A DNA stretch of 63,882 nt, filler included, from Octopus bimaculoides (Eukaryota), in assembly GCF_001194135.2 (NCBI RefSeq). It is 7 parts of 6 records of this genome, joined end to end, with 100 filler letters (N's around TTAATTAATTAA, not from the genome) between each part and the next. Parts side by side here need not be neighbours in the genome. Positions count along the whole stretch, not along the records: positions 9,403 to 28,173 come from NC_068987.1; 6 more parts are not named here. The stretch is one strand, 5' to 3'. Below, one piece after another: positions 14,145 to 26,949 of the stretch (the first letter of the stretch is position 1; each line of letters opens with the position of its first letter). Both the position numbers and the translations under genes were made by a program. The notes beneath the pieces are model-generated. The model was not told where the DNA came from. It saw only the letters and a program-made list of their open reading frames with translations, and did not search any database.

Positions 14145-14206
14145 TTTCAATATCAATTGATTTCACGTTTTGCATGATAAACATACTCTGCGATCTTCAG
14201 TTGAAA
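14145..14206 (-). ncRNA. Type I hammerhead motif
   Basis: UUUCAA-CUGAAGA-UCGCAGAGUAUGUUUAUCAUGCAAAACGU-GAAA-UCAAUUGA-UA^UUGAAA. Perfect 6-bp stem I, palindromic AUCAAUUGAU stem III, AUA triplet, degenerate stem II. Confidence 0.65.
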
Positions 14207-14479
14207 ATAACATTTTAACATCTATTTCTACAATGACATAGAGGTTAGAGAATTACTGGGACTACTACCACCTTTTTCATCGACCACAGCTGTTTAACCT
14301 CCCAAGCTAACCTGTCATATCTATCGACTTTTCTTTCTTCCTTATGGCATACCTTGTTGTCAGCTGGGAATGCTATATCTATGATCCAGCATCATTTGCT
14401 TTCTTTCTCAATTAACACTATATCTGGCTTTCTATTCTCTATCTCATGGTCGCACTGAATCATAAAATCCCATAGGAGA

Positions 14480-14557
<78 letters not shown>

Positions 14558-14617
14558 GTTTATCTTTGTATTGTCCCCCTCATCTTTGAGATTATCATTA
14601 TTGTTGTTGTTGTTATA

Positions 14618-14676
<59 letters not shown>

Positions 14677-16329
14677 TACTTAGACAGTGAGCTGGTAGAA
14701 TTATTAGTGTACTGGACAAAATGGTTAACCACATTTCATCTGCCTCTCATCACCCTGGGGCTGATTAAAATAAGTTTCCACCATGCACTCAGGTCGATGT
14801 AACCAACTTGTCCCCTCCTCTCGAAATTACTGGCTTCAATTAGAAAGAATGATTACATCACATCACATTTCAGATACAGAAACCAAAGGTAAGTTAGAGA
14901 CTACCTTATAACCGATGGAAAAATAAACAAAGATTTTAAACTCTTAAAAATACAAGCAGAAATGTTAATTGTGCCAAATCTGTTTGGAAAACATAACTCA
15001 ATCAACAGCTAAGCCAATATGTCATCTAAACGTAACCTTTCTATGATTGAGTCAGGCTGTTATCGCAAAACCAATCTACATTGGCATCTATAGAAAAGCC
15101 TGCCCGAGAGGCAGTGTTAGAAATGCCATTGATTGTTGAATACCTCAACACATTTCAGCATTAGAAATATTGGTGCAACATTCTAATTAAAATGTCAATC
15201 AAATGCAAACACAATGGAGCTGATCAGTTCTTCAAGAAAGAAAAGATGTTTGTGGAATTTAGTTGCCAAGTGGACAGAAAATGTCACATTCAACATTCGA
15301 AGCTGTTGTAAAAAGAAAACATTTATGGCCAATTTACTTTGAAATCTGCAGCTTCTATGTCTTGGTTATATCTTTAGATTCTTACCTATAAGAATTCTGT
15401 ACCTGATTACATCATCGTCATCATCATCATCATCGTCATCATCATCATCATCATCATCATCGTCATCGTCATCGTCATCATCATCATCATCATCATCATC
15501 GTTTAACGTCTGCCTTCCACGCAGGCATAGGCTGGATGGTTTGACTGATAACTGGTAAGCTGGGGGTGGGGAAGGCTGCACCTGGTTCCAATCTGATTTG
15601 GTAAGGTTTCTATGGCTGGATGCCCTTCCTAATGCCAACCACTCCAAGAGTGCTTTTTTTGCTTGCCACTGGCACGGGTGCTATTGACCTGATACCGGTA
15701 TCGGCCATGACTATGGACTCACTTGGCTTGACAGGTTATCATTTCTAAAAAAGAAGGAAAAAAAAACAGCGAACAAATTTATCTGACAGCCCCATACATA
15801 GATTTTTATTTTCCTTCAAAAAAAAAGACAAAAAAAAACATCAGAACACTATAAAACCAAGAACGTGTATATATATATNNNNNNNNNNNNNNNNNNNNNN
15901 NNNNNNNNNNNNNNNNNNNNNNNNNNNNNNNNNNNNNNNNNNNNNNNNNNNNNNNNNNNNNNNNNNNNNNNNNNNNNNNNNNNNNNNNNNNNNNNTTTTT
16001 TTTTTTTTGAATGCTTACTTCTACCACATCATTTTGTAATTTGCTAAGAATATGGCCTTGTTTCATAAACTTCTAAACTGAAACCAGTTTACATTGCTAA
16101 GTACTTTTATTCCTGTTGCCATTTTATGATAACAAGTGTTGTGATTAGTAAGAATGAGATACCAGTTGTCTGCAACTTTTGTATTTATCATAAAAATAGT
16201 CGCATCTATTAAGCTATGCATTAACTGATAGGATAGAATAGATTGCAGTTCAGTCAGGATTCTATGTTATTCACCTTCTGTTTGTTTCACCTCAGCCAAG
16301 CCAGACAGACAGACTTTTGCTGTGCTTCG

Positions 16330-16551
16330 CCATTATTATTAGGATTATTATTGTTGTTGTTGTTGTTTTTGTTGTTGTTGATTTTGTTGTTGCTCTTGTT
16401 TTTGTCGGCAGCTATGCTCATCACCACCATCATGTCGTTTTCCTCCCAATAATAACAATAGCAATAGCAATCACTACTACTGCTGCTGCTGCTGCTACTA
16501 CTACTACTACTACTACCGCCACCATCACTCCACCACTACTACCACTATTAC

Positions 16552-16604
<53 letters not shown>

Positions 16605-16617
16605 GTAATAATAATAA

Positions 16618-16648
<31 letters not shown>

Positions 16649-16740
16649 AAGAATACGGAGAAGAAGAAGAATATAGAGAAGAAGATGAAGAAGAAGAAAA
16701 ATAATAATAATAACAATAATAATAATAATAATAATAATAA

Positions 16741-16771
<31 letters not shown>

Positions 16772-17221
16772 AAGAAGAATATGGAGAAGAAGAAGAAGAA
16801 GAAGAAGAAGAAGAAGAAGAAGAAGAAGAAGAACAACAACAACAACAACAACAAAAACAACAGCAACAACAACAACAATAGTTTATTTTTCAATTTTATT
16901 TCAGGAAAGGTCCCAGAGACGGTCAAAGGTGCAAAGATGGTGGAATGAATGCTCTCTGAGTAAAACTGATAGCCTTTGTATCGCAGCTTAACCTGTAGAT
17001 ATAGCAGCCTGATCTTCCTCGATCTATATTTTTATATCTTGAAAAAGGAGACACTGGATGGTGTGTTGTCATCATCATCATCATCAACATCATCAACATC
17101 ACTATCAACATCACGATTAACAGTGTTGTCTTCCGCCTCCACCTCCTCTCTTCCCCTTCCTCTTCTTCTTCCTCCTCCTCCCTTCTTCCCCTCCTCCTCC
17201 TCCTCCAGCGGATGGTGGTGA

Positions 17222-17253
<32 letters not shown>

Positions 17254-17332
17254 ACGACAAAGATGACGATGATGATAATGATGATGATGATGGTGATCAT
17301 GATGATGATGATAGCAATGATGATGATGATGG

Positions 17333-17382
<50 letters not shown>

Positions 17383-17460
17383 GGGATGGAGATGATGACA
17401 ATGATGATGATGATGGTAATGGTGATGATAATGATGATGATGACGATGACAACAATGATT
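16330..17460. repeat. Compound trinucleotide field (ATT, GTT, ACT, AAT, GAA, AAC, CAT, CCT, GAT)
   Basis: Directly visible. It generates homopolymeric pseudo-ORFs. Confidence 0.95.
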
Positions 17461-17514
17461 CAATAGTCAAGTCAAAGCAAAAGGAAACAAAAAAAAAAAA
17501 AAACGAAAAGTCTG

Positions 17515-17750
17515 AAGACTGAAAAATATGCGGAGTTGTTTCGGGTTATTGAGAAAACCTGGAGACATGTTCAGGAGAGAAAATTATTCCAGTCATCTCT
17601 GACACACTCTGCAGATGAGGCCAAAATAGATATTCAAATAATCTAGAAGCATCGGAACTGAGATTCAAGAGAGAAGATTTGCAGAGAACTGTCATTCTCT
17701 ATTTTGCAAAAAATCCTTTAATAAGTTCTTCAGAAGATGCGGACACTTAT
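17515..17750 (+). pseudogene. REL (restriction-like) endonuclease C-terminus of an R2/R4-type non-LTR retrotransposon
   Basis: KTEKYAELFRVIEKTW / KIIPVISDTL / EDLQRTVILY follows the KxxKYxxL..EI..W..IIPVVIGALG..LQxxVIL motif order. Confidence 0.6.
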
Positions 17751-18021
17751 TGCCAAAAAATGGATATTCAACATATACGACTTGGTTGACAACATTAATT
17801 GGCAAGCTCATCACCACCATCGTCGTCATCATTTCATCATCGAAACCAGCATCAAAAATATCATCATCGTCATCATCAGCATCATCATCATCATCGTCGT
17901 CATCATCATCCTCATATATGTATATGCATGTACGTATATAAATGTATATATATGTAATTGATCAGACATGATATTCACTATGTCAGAACAATCAAATATT
18001 TCTTTAAATATTCTTTAGATC

Positions 18022-18279
18022 AAAGATTGTTTGCTAACATAACATGGCAGTCCTGGTTTAGGACGAATGTTGCTGTAATTTAGCCCTAGGAGACATCGTC
18101 TCCAGCTGGCTATACAACATGATCTGTGTCCTTATATTTTTGAACAAGGGAATCTAGCACCCTTCCCTTTGAAAATATAAGGACACAGATCGTGTTGTAT
18201 AGCCAGCTGGAGATGATGTCTCCTGGGGCTAAATTCGTCCTAAACCAGGACTGCCATGTTATGTTGGCAAATAATCTTT
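18022..18279. mobile_element. Foldback/MITE-like long inverted repeat (119 and 108 nt arms)
   Basis: 18022-18140 versus 18172-18279: 5 substitutions and one 11-nt indel flanked by AAT microhomology. No TSD identified. Confidence 0.8.
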
Positions 18280-18459
18280 ACTCCAAAGTACTGTTGCTGA
18301 ATATTTCTCATTGTGAGATTTAAAAATAATAATTTTCTAATTCTTTAGATCAGTTGAAATATCTCTGAGACACACTTGATTTGTTAAGAGTCATACCTAC
18401 TGCAGTTTAGGCACAAGGTATTCAAAACACCAAAGTTAATTCAGAGCCCCCATCCAGGA

Positions 18460-18502
18460 CTGGTAGATGCATTTCTAGCTTCATAACAGTCTTCAGTACC
18501 AG
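18460..18502 (-). ncRNA. Minimal 43-nt type I hammerhead motif
   Basis: CUGGUA-CUGAAGA-CUGUUAUGAAGCUA-GAAA-UGCA-UC^UACCAG. Perfect 6-bp stem I, palindromic AUGCAU stem III, AUC triplet, stem II poorly paired. Confidence 0.7.
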
Positions 18503-18509
18503 ATACCAA

Positions 18510-18690
18510 GGGAAGCAACTTTGAACCAGAAAACTTACATCTAAAGCGAAGAATTTTCTCCATGGCAGACTTTAGTGAAAATGTCTCTTTACTGGTCAAA
18601 TTTGTGTAAAACTCAAATGGACTGATCTGAACTCTGTTAAATTTACAGCATTGCTTTGCATGCCACCCGGATGTTCTTTGAAGCATAAGA
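18510..18690 (-). pseudogene. Possible PLE endonuclease C-terminus directly upstream of the 18460-18502 hammerhead
   Basis: HAKQCCKFNRVQISPFEFYTNLTSKETF loosely resembles PLE GIY-YIG ends (H...C...F.I.PF...KE..FI). Its position 5' of a hammerhead is consistent. Confidence 0.3.
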
Positions 18691-18819
18691 GCATAAATAT
18701 TTCAATATTTTCTGCTTTTGTCACTTCTAATTCTAGCAAATGTAGAAACATTGGTTAACGATTATCTAATTCTTATTTTAGAAAAATTACAAGCGCAGCT
18801 TTCTTTGAAATTAATGAAG

Positions 18820-19016
18820 TTTTAATAATAATAATAATAATAATAATAGTAATAATAATAATAATAATATTATTAATAATTATAGTAATAATAATAATAG
18901 TAATAATAATAATAATAGTAATAATAATAATAGTAATAATAATAATAATAATAATAATAGTAAAAATATTATTATTAATAATAATAATGATGGTAATGAT
19001 AATAATAATAATAATG

Positions 19017-19068
<52 letters not shown>

Positions 19069-19175
19069 TAATAGTAATAATATTACTAATAATAATAAAG
19101 ATAATGATGATGATGATGATCATGATGATGATAATGATAATAATAATAATAATAATAATAGTAATAATAATAATG
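18820..19175. repeat. (AAT)n/(GAT)n field
   Basis: Directly visible. Confidence 0.95.
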
Positions 19176-19681
19176 CATATAATTGATTAGTTTTACAAAA
19201 AATTTCAGATTTCATTTCTTGTTTTGCAACAAGATTTGAAATTTGCAGAAAATCGTAAATGCAAGTAATTCCCTAAATTGATTCCATTCTTAACTCGAAG
19301 TTCCTCCATCCTTGACAAATCCTGGCTTTCTTGGTTTTTTGGAGTTTTTTTTACTGCTTTTTTTTTCATTTCTTTTTACTAAACTTTATTAAGAAATTTG
19401 TTGATTAATTCAGTATTATTCGCACTAGTTTTATCAAAAGCTGTTATAAATATTCCGTCCCCTCCCCCATCTTTTATTTTGTTTATTTAATATATTTATA
19501 ACGTTTGTACATGAATGTTGCGAACTTGCATGACCTGATGGTTGAGGTGCTTGGCTTGTGATCGCCAGGTCCAAGGTTCAATTCTTATATTTCTTTATTG
19601 CCCACAAGGGGCTAAACATAGAGGGGACAAACAAGAGAGAGAGAGAGAGAAAGAGAATGAGGGGAAAGAGAGAGAGAATGA

Positions 19682-19725
<44 letters not shown>

Positions 19726-20109
19726 AAGAGACACAAAAACGGCCCAAAACCCAAATCAGTAGCAGCAGACCTGGATCCTTGCAGTTCCGTAGGGGAATGC
19801 GAACAAGTCTCTGGGTGATGATTGTAAACGAAAGAATTATTATGAAGCTTTGCAGGAATTGGTTTTAAAAGACTCAAAGAACAACATATTTTGAAAGCTC
19901 ATTGTAGATTCCAAAGACGGTGCAACCTTTGTAATTTATTCATCTGTTTCATTCAGTTTCGAGATCTAATTTCATCTAATTCATTTCCAGGTTCCTCCAA
20001 TTCCATGATGAATAAAATGTCTTTCCTATTCATGGTATATTCATGTTTCTTTTTAATCTTGGCCAATTCTGTGTCTCGAAAAGGAAGTTGTTGCTGCGTA
20101 TGTACACGT

Positions 20110-21311
20110 ATGTGTATGTCTGTGTGTGTGTGTGTGTGTATGTGTGTGTGAGTGTGTGTGTGTGTGTATGTTTGTGTGTGTGTATGTGTATAAGTGTTTG
20201 TCTGTTTCTTGGTAATATGTGAATATTCTTCGTTTGTGTGTGTATGTGTGTGTACGTGCATATGTGTGTATGTGTGTGTTTGTGTGTATGTATGCGTATA
20301 TGTCTGTGTGTGTGTGTATGTGTATAAGTATATTTGTCTGTTAGTAATATGTGAATATTCTTCGTTTGTGTGTGTATGTGTGTGTATGTATGTGTGTGTG
20401 TATGTGCGTGTGTATGTGTATAAGTATGTTTGTCTGTTTCTTGGTAGTATGTGAATATTCTTCGTTTGTGTGTGTATGTATGTGTAAGTGTATATGTGTG
20501 TGTGTCTGTGCATGTTTGTGTGTGTGCATGTAATGTATTTAAGTATGTATGTCTACTTCTTGGGCATATGGGAGTATTGTCAGTTTGTGTGTGTATATGT
20601 GTGTGTGTGTGCATGTATATGTGTATAAATATGTATGTCTACTACTTGGGAATATATGAATATTTTTTGTGCTTGTGTGTATGTGTGCATGTATATGTGT
20701 GAGTGCCTGTGTATGTGTGTGTGCATATGTGTGTGTGCCTGTGTATGTGTGTGTGCGTGCTTGTGTGTGTGTATGTTTGTGTGTGTGTGTATGTGTGCGT
20801 GTATATGTGTGTGTGCCTGTGTACGTGTGTGTGTGTGTATGTGTGTGTGTCTGTAGAACGTGTTTGTGTGTCTGCATGTGTGTATGTGTTTGTATGTATA
20901 TAGGTGTGTGTGTTTGCATGCAAGTGTATGTGTATGTATATATATGTGTTATGTATGCATGTGTGTGCATGTGCATGCATGTATGTTTGTGGCTGTGTGC
21001 ATATGTATGTGTGTATGTGCATATATGTATGCGAATGTGTGCGTGTGCATGTATGTGTGTATGCAGGCTAATATGCATGCATTTACTTTATCATATATTA
21101 ATGAATGTGTATATGTATATCTATGTGTGTGTATATGTGTGTGTGTGCGCGTGTATGCATGTAAGCTAATGTATATGTATGTTTGCATCCTGCGTGTATA
21201 TATATGTATGTGTTGTTTTATTTATTCCTTGATGTAGGTGTGTTATGCCTGTTTAATATGTATGATATGTTTCTTTAAATGCATATATGTATATATATGT
21301 ATATATATATG

Positions 21312-21364
<53 letters not shown>

Positions 21365-21694
21365 TCATATGCATATCTTTATGTATCTACATATACAGAT
21401 ATATGTATATATGTTTGTACAAATGTTTGTATGTATGTGCAACTGTACTGTCTGTATGCATATACACACACGCAAGTGCACACATGTGCAACAGCAATAT
21501 ATGTATATATATACCATAAACACAGATGCTTGTATATACTTATATAAACATGAATATATATATATACATACATTTATATATATATATATATACACAAACA
21601 CACACATATATATATATATGTATGTATAGACATATATACATTCATACATATATTATATATATATATATATGCATGTATATATATATATGTATGC

Positions 21695-21773
<79 letters not shown>

Positions 21774-21784
21774 CATATATATAT

Positions 21785-21819
<35 letters not shown>

Positions 21820-22130
21820 CATACATACAGATGTCTATCTATATATGTCTGTGTGTGTCTATACACGTGTACACACATATCCTACAAGTACACACACATA
21901 TGGACAAACACACAGATACCTACACACACACAGAGATACACACGCATACGTATGGATTTACAAAATACGTGTGTGTATGTGCATCTACATACATATACAT
22001 TGCATATGTATATCACACATTCATATATATATATATATATATATGAATATATATATATTTGTCAGTGTGTGTGTGTATGCACCTATGTATGTCAGCATGT
22101 GCAGATCTATATGCTTGTGTGTGTGTGCGT
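20110..22130. repeat. Compound (TG)n/(TA)n/(CA)n microsatellite field with an embedded 45-nt core repeat
   Basis: Directly visible. It generates the many CV/YI/HT pseudo-ORFs in the track. Confidence 0.95.
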
Positions 22131-22410
22131 ACATGTACGGCTGGCAAATGAGATTTCCCTAGTATATACGGTGCAGTAAAAATTCGAAGACGAACGGATT
22201 GTGCAATGATCAATGTTGTGAATGCGCCGTTTAATGCATTAAGAAAGAGAACACTGCACACTGATTAGGTGTGAAGATTAGATAAGAATCTTCCGGAAAG
22301 AAACTTTTTGTCTATTGTCCTCCTTTTCTTGAGATGATGACGGTGTGTTGGAAGAAAATAAAGGAGACAGAGGAAAGATAATCTGCAGTCAAATAACAAT
22401 AGCAATAATG

Positions 22411-22495
<85 letters not shown>

Positions 22496-23477
22496 TAATA
22501 ATAATAGTAATAATAGTAATAATAATAATAATAATAANNNNNNNNNNNNNNNNNNNNNNNNNNNNNNNNNNNNNNNNNNNNNNNNNNNNNNNNNNNNNNN
22601 NNNNNNNNNNNNNNNNNNNNNNNNNNNNNNNNNNNNNNNNNNNNNNNNNNNNNNNNNNNNNNNNNNNNNNNNNNNNNNNNNNNNNNNNNNNNNNNNNNNN
22701 NNNNNNNNNNNNNNNNNNNNNNNNNNNNNNNNNNNNNNNNNNNNNNNNNNNNNNNNNNNNNNNNNNNNNNNNNNNNNNNNNNNNNNNNNNNNNNNNNNNN
22801 NNNNNNNNNNNNNNNNNNNNNNNNNNNNNNNNNNNNNNNNNNNNNNNNNNNNNNNNNNNNNNNNNNNNNNNNNNNNNNNNNNNNNNNNNNNNNNNNNNNN
22901 NNNNNNNNNNNNNNNNNNNNNNNNNNNNNNNNNNNNNNNNNNNNNNNNNNNNNNNNNNNNNNNNNNNNNNNNNNNNNNNNNNNNNNNNNNNNNNNNNNNN
23001 NNNNNNNNNNNNNNNNNNNNNNNNNNNNNNNNNNNNNNNNNNNNNNNNNNNNNNNNNNNNNNNNNNNNNNNNNNNNNNNNNNNNNNNNNNNNNNNNNNNN
23101 NNNNNNNNNNNNNNNNNNNNNNNNNNNNNNNNNNNNNNNNNNNNNNNNNNNNNNNNNNNNNNNNNNNNNNNNNNNNNNNNNNNNNNNNNNNNNNNNNNNN
23201 NNNNNNNNNNNNNNNNNNNNNNNNNNNNNNNNNNNNNNNNNNNNNNNNNNNNNNNNNNNNNNNNNNNNNNNNNNNNNNNNNNNNNNNNNNNNNNNNNNNN
23301 NNNNNNNNNNNNNNNNNNNNNNNNNNNNNNNNNNNNNNNNNNNNNNNNNNNNNNCTATGTAATCTCAAATTTTAAAACAAACTCACAATTTTCTTATGGT
23401 TTCTTTAACATTCTCTAGAACAACACTATGTACAAAACCAAATCTGAGTACCTTATTGTTTTTTCTAATATATAAAT

Positions 23478-23532
<55 letters not shown>

Positions 23533-23534
<2 letters not shown>

Positions 23535-23690
23535 GGGCTTCTTTCAGTTTCCGTCTTCCAAATCCACTCACAAGGCTTGGGTCATCCAGAAGTTATAGTA
23601 GAAGACACTTGCCTAAGGTGCTATGCAATGGGACTGAACCCAGAACCATATGGCTGGGAAGCAAACTTCTTACCACACACCCACACCCTA
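23533..23690 (-). mobile_element. SINE family A copy
   Basis: GGGCTTCTTTCAGTTTCCGTCTTCCAAATCCACTCACAAGGC..GGACTGAACCCAGAACC on plus, i.e. the reverse complement of family A. Confidence 0.8.
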
Positions 23691-24336
23691 GCCCTCCTCA
23701 CCCCACAGCCAAATTCTCTCATTACTGACCCAAATGTGATCTGAAAAGGCAATCTTCTCCTCTGCTAGCTTCATAGAAACTTTCACCATTCATCACGAAT
23801 GGTTTCGAATTATATTTCTTCAACATAGGCAACTTAACATTTAATGAAACTTCTTTCTTGGCGGCATCAGAAAGTTGGCATGGCTACTAACGAGCAGATG
23901 GTATATCGCTTTCATTACTCAAAGGTCAGACCATTTCACACAATGACATACACACACGTCGACTGAGCAGACTAGTAGAACTTTCGATTTCTGCCACATT
24001 TGTCTCAATATGTCCTCACTTGTCTCAATATGTCACCCACTTAAGAAGTCATGAGATCATAGAGAAAGTCATGGACAGTTTTACTTATGTCAAACTTACT
24101 TTGACATAATAACACAGTTTAGCAACCCACCAGACAGAACTCCAAGTATTTCTGAGTTGAATGAATACCAACAAATGAAGTTTATTGTTCATACTCTCAG
24201 TTCAAACCACGATAAAAATATAAATTATTGAAGACATAAGCATACATGTAGGTGCATTGATAGGACATACGATGGAGCAGAACAGTAATACATAGATGCT
24301 TGTATCATATTTAATGGCATAAAAAACACACTGGCC

Positions 24337-24492
24337 CACTAGTGCAGCTGGGGCAGTCTGTCTGTCCCTGGTGGCACTTTTAAAGGGGCACCACTTTTGG
24401 GTCTGCTCTAGACAATATGTGGTTTTTGTGGGGTCTGGGGTTGGTAAATGGAAGGACCACCCTGGGCGGCATGCACTCTAGCTACGCTAGTG
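24337..24492. mobile_element. 156-bp hAT-like MITE
   Basis: TIRs CACTAGTGCAGCTGG and CACTAGCGTAGCTAG (12/15). Flanks CACTGGCC and TCCTGGCC (6/8) as a decayed 8-bp TSD. Confidence 0.55.
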
Positions 24493-24715
24493 TCCTGGCC
24501 TATTAGATGTGCTCCAATTTCAGGAATGTATATTCAGGGAAAAAATTTTTAATGCATTTAAGTTTATGGGTGGCTCAACTTTGCATTTGGGGCCCATAAT
24601 GATTTTCTGAGAATTTTTTTGAGGAAAACTCTGTGTATGCCATCAAATACAGTATACGGCCTCTCTTTAGGAACTTAGATTATCAAAGACACATATATAA
24701 TATATATACATATGT

Positions 24716-24935
24716 AGTGAAGGCACATGGCTCAGTGGTTAGAATGTCAGGATCACAATCATGAGGTAATGAGTTCGATTCCTGGACTGGGCTGTGTGTT
24801 GTGTTCTTGAGCAAGACGCTTTATTTCACGTTGCTCCAGTTCACTCAACAGTAGAAATGAGTTGTGATGTCACAGGTACCAAGCTGTACCAGTTTTGCCT
24901 TCTTCTTGGATAACATCAGTGGCATGGAGAGGAGA
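24716..24935 (+). mobile_element. tRNA-derived SINE (family D)
   Basis: A box TGGCTCAGTGG, B box GAGTTCGATTCC, then GTGTTCTTGAGCAAGACGCTTTATTTCACGTTGCTCCAG. Confidence 0.75.
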
Positions 24936-25356
24936 GGTGTTGGGTAGTTAACATCCCTATGACTTAGCAGTTTGGCAAACGAGACCAATAGAGTAAGTAC
25001 CAAACTTATAGAAAAAACCCCCAAAAACCCCCCAAAAAACCCATAAGTACTGGAGTCTATTTGTTTAACTAATTCCTATAATGCAGTGCCCCAGCATGGT
25101 CTCCACCAAATGACTGAAGCAAATCAAAAGTAAAAGAAGAATCTAGCGAATAGCATTAACTCCCACATCTTCAGCATTTCATGAGATGAAGAATTTATTT
25201 ATTTTATTATTATGGCCAGCTTCCAACCCAGGCTGCAGCAACAAAGTCTACCTGCTACACTTCTTGGTCCAGTAACACTGCCTCGATGTCCTGGATACAT
25301 TCCAGGTCAGTGTCTGCGGTCAAATTATCGATATATGTGTGATGATGTTTTCCTCT

Positions 25357-25398
25357 TCTATAATAATAAAAGCAAAATTCTGTCTGTCTGTCCGTCTG
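25357..25398 (+). mobile_element. Possible Helitron-type 5' terminus
   Basis: TCTATAATAATAAAAGCAAAATTCTGTCTGTCTGTCC resembles typical non-autonomous Helitron heads. No matching 3' end was identified. Confidence 0.4.
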
Positions 25399-26949
25399 GG
25401 ACTCTATTTCAGTCTACATTTGCTCTACATAGACATGTTATACCTTTTTGGAATCAGGATGATCTCAAGATTGAAAATCTGCCCTTCATTTGGTTCTTAA
25501 ACATCCAGCATTGGAATCTGATTTAAAAGCATTTGGGTTGCTATTTCTAGCAGGTAAAGCTTGGCTGGTTCACACCATCTTGGTTGGCGTTTGTCAATGT
25601 TGGCAAAGATAAAGGGAGAGATAAATGACATTCGCTTCGTTAATTTTACGTCGAGATAAGAACTTTGGGACAAATTGGCCAACAGTTGGAATTCAACTTG
25701 GGACTGGAGCAACAGAATGATTGCATTACAGAATTAATTCTCATCTGCCCTTAATCTCTGATCAAACACCAGTGGGGTATATAGTCATTATAGACGTATT
25801 ATAGTCATGCTATTTAACTCTGTTTAGTTTGGGGCCGCAGGCCCAATTAGCCCTCCACAGGAGCTAGAATAAAAGTCCACACGGAGTGCGGCTTTTAAGC
25901 TAGTCTTACATAAAATGAAGTGGGTTCCACATAGTGATATAAAAAGAGAAAAAAATGATTTCTTAATAGTGCAATACCATAACAGTACTTTAGAGGAGAA
26001 TGGATTCCACAAAGAAAGGCAATATATATCATCTAGAAACATGTTGCAAAACAACAAAAAGAAAAACAATGTATAAAAGCAACATCGTTTTGTTTCACAC
26101 TGCCTGTAACATGGTTGTGGCATCCAATATGCTATATCATGTACAGCAGTATTTCCAAATTAGTCACAGAAAATACAAAACATTTAACAGAAACACTCAG
26201 AAAGTTAGCAACAGCTGTACTAGCAACTTCAGCAAATTTATCTCAGGTATGAACATAAACGCCATAACAGCCTTCTGCAATTTAACCAATCCCAATGTGA
26301 TTGTACAAATATTAACTCATTCCCACATAATGGCAAATATCTTGGCAATAAGCTGGTATATTGTGCTCAAGAGAAATAGGCAGACCAACATAAACATTTA
26401 CTAGGTTTAACAGGATGTACATTTAAGATAAGATACAAGCATCATATGTAGACTTTTAGATATTCAGAGAAAAGAAACACTACCTCTCTTTCACAGTAAG
26501 TATGGTGACTAAACTACAAACCTTGATTGAATTTTCCAAACCATATCCTGAAAGGATTTGGATGATATGTACTCATGAAAAGTTCTTCCTCAGGCAATGA
26601 GTAAATTTTGAAGTATCACCGAACAGGCTTATCTAAGGTACCATGCAGTGGAACTGAACCCCAAACCATGTGAGTGCAAATCAAGCTTCTTAACCACACA
26701 TTCATGGCTTCAACTCTAAAGTCTGTGTGAATTGCCTGTTGGAGTTTCTTTTTCTTGTCTCTGGTGCATTGAACTTTATGCACTTTGAATCTTATGTATA
26801 TATGTAGATACATAAGTACATAAGTGTGTATGAGGTGGTGGTGGTGGTTGGTTTTGATGTGTAAATACAAATTGATCAGGTGGTGTTCGGTCATCAGCTG
26901 ACTGAGCAGACAACTTAGACATGGTCTGTTGGTTAAAAGTGGGGGAAGA

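Noticed and set aside
20191-20670. CRISPR array
   Set aside because: Eukaryotic context, degenerate repeats, microsatellite spacers and no cas genes.
20030-22261. Dozens of CV/YI/HT-rich ORFs here and at 4.4-6.4, 53.1-53.6 and 59.4-61.6 kb
   Set aside because: Dinucleotide microsatellites lack stop codons in these frames. ORFs spanning X runs are gap artefacts.
24053-24075. bantam-like TGAGATCAT...GAAAG sequence
   Set aside because: No precursor hairpin around it.
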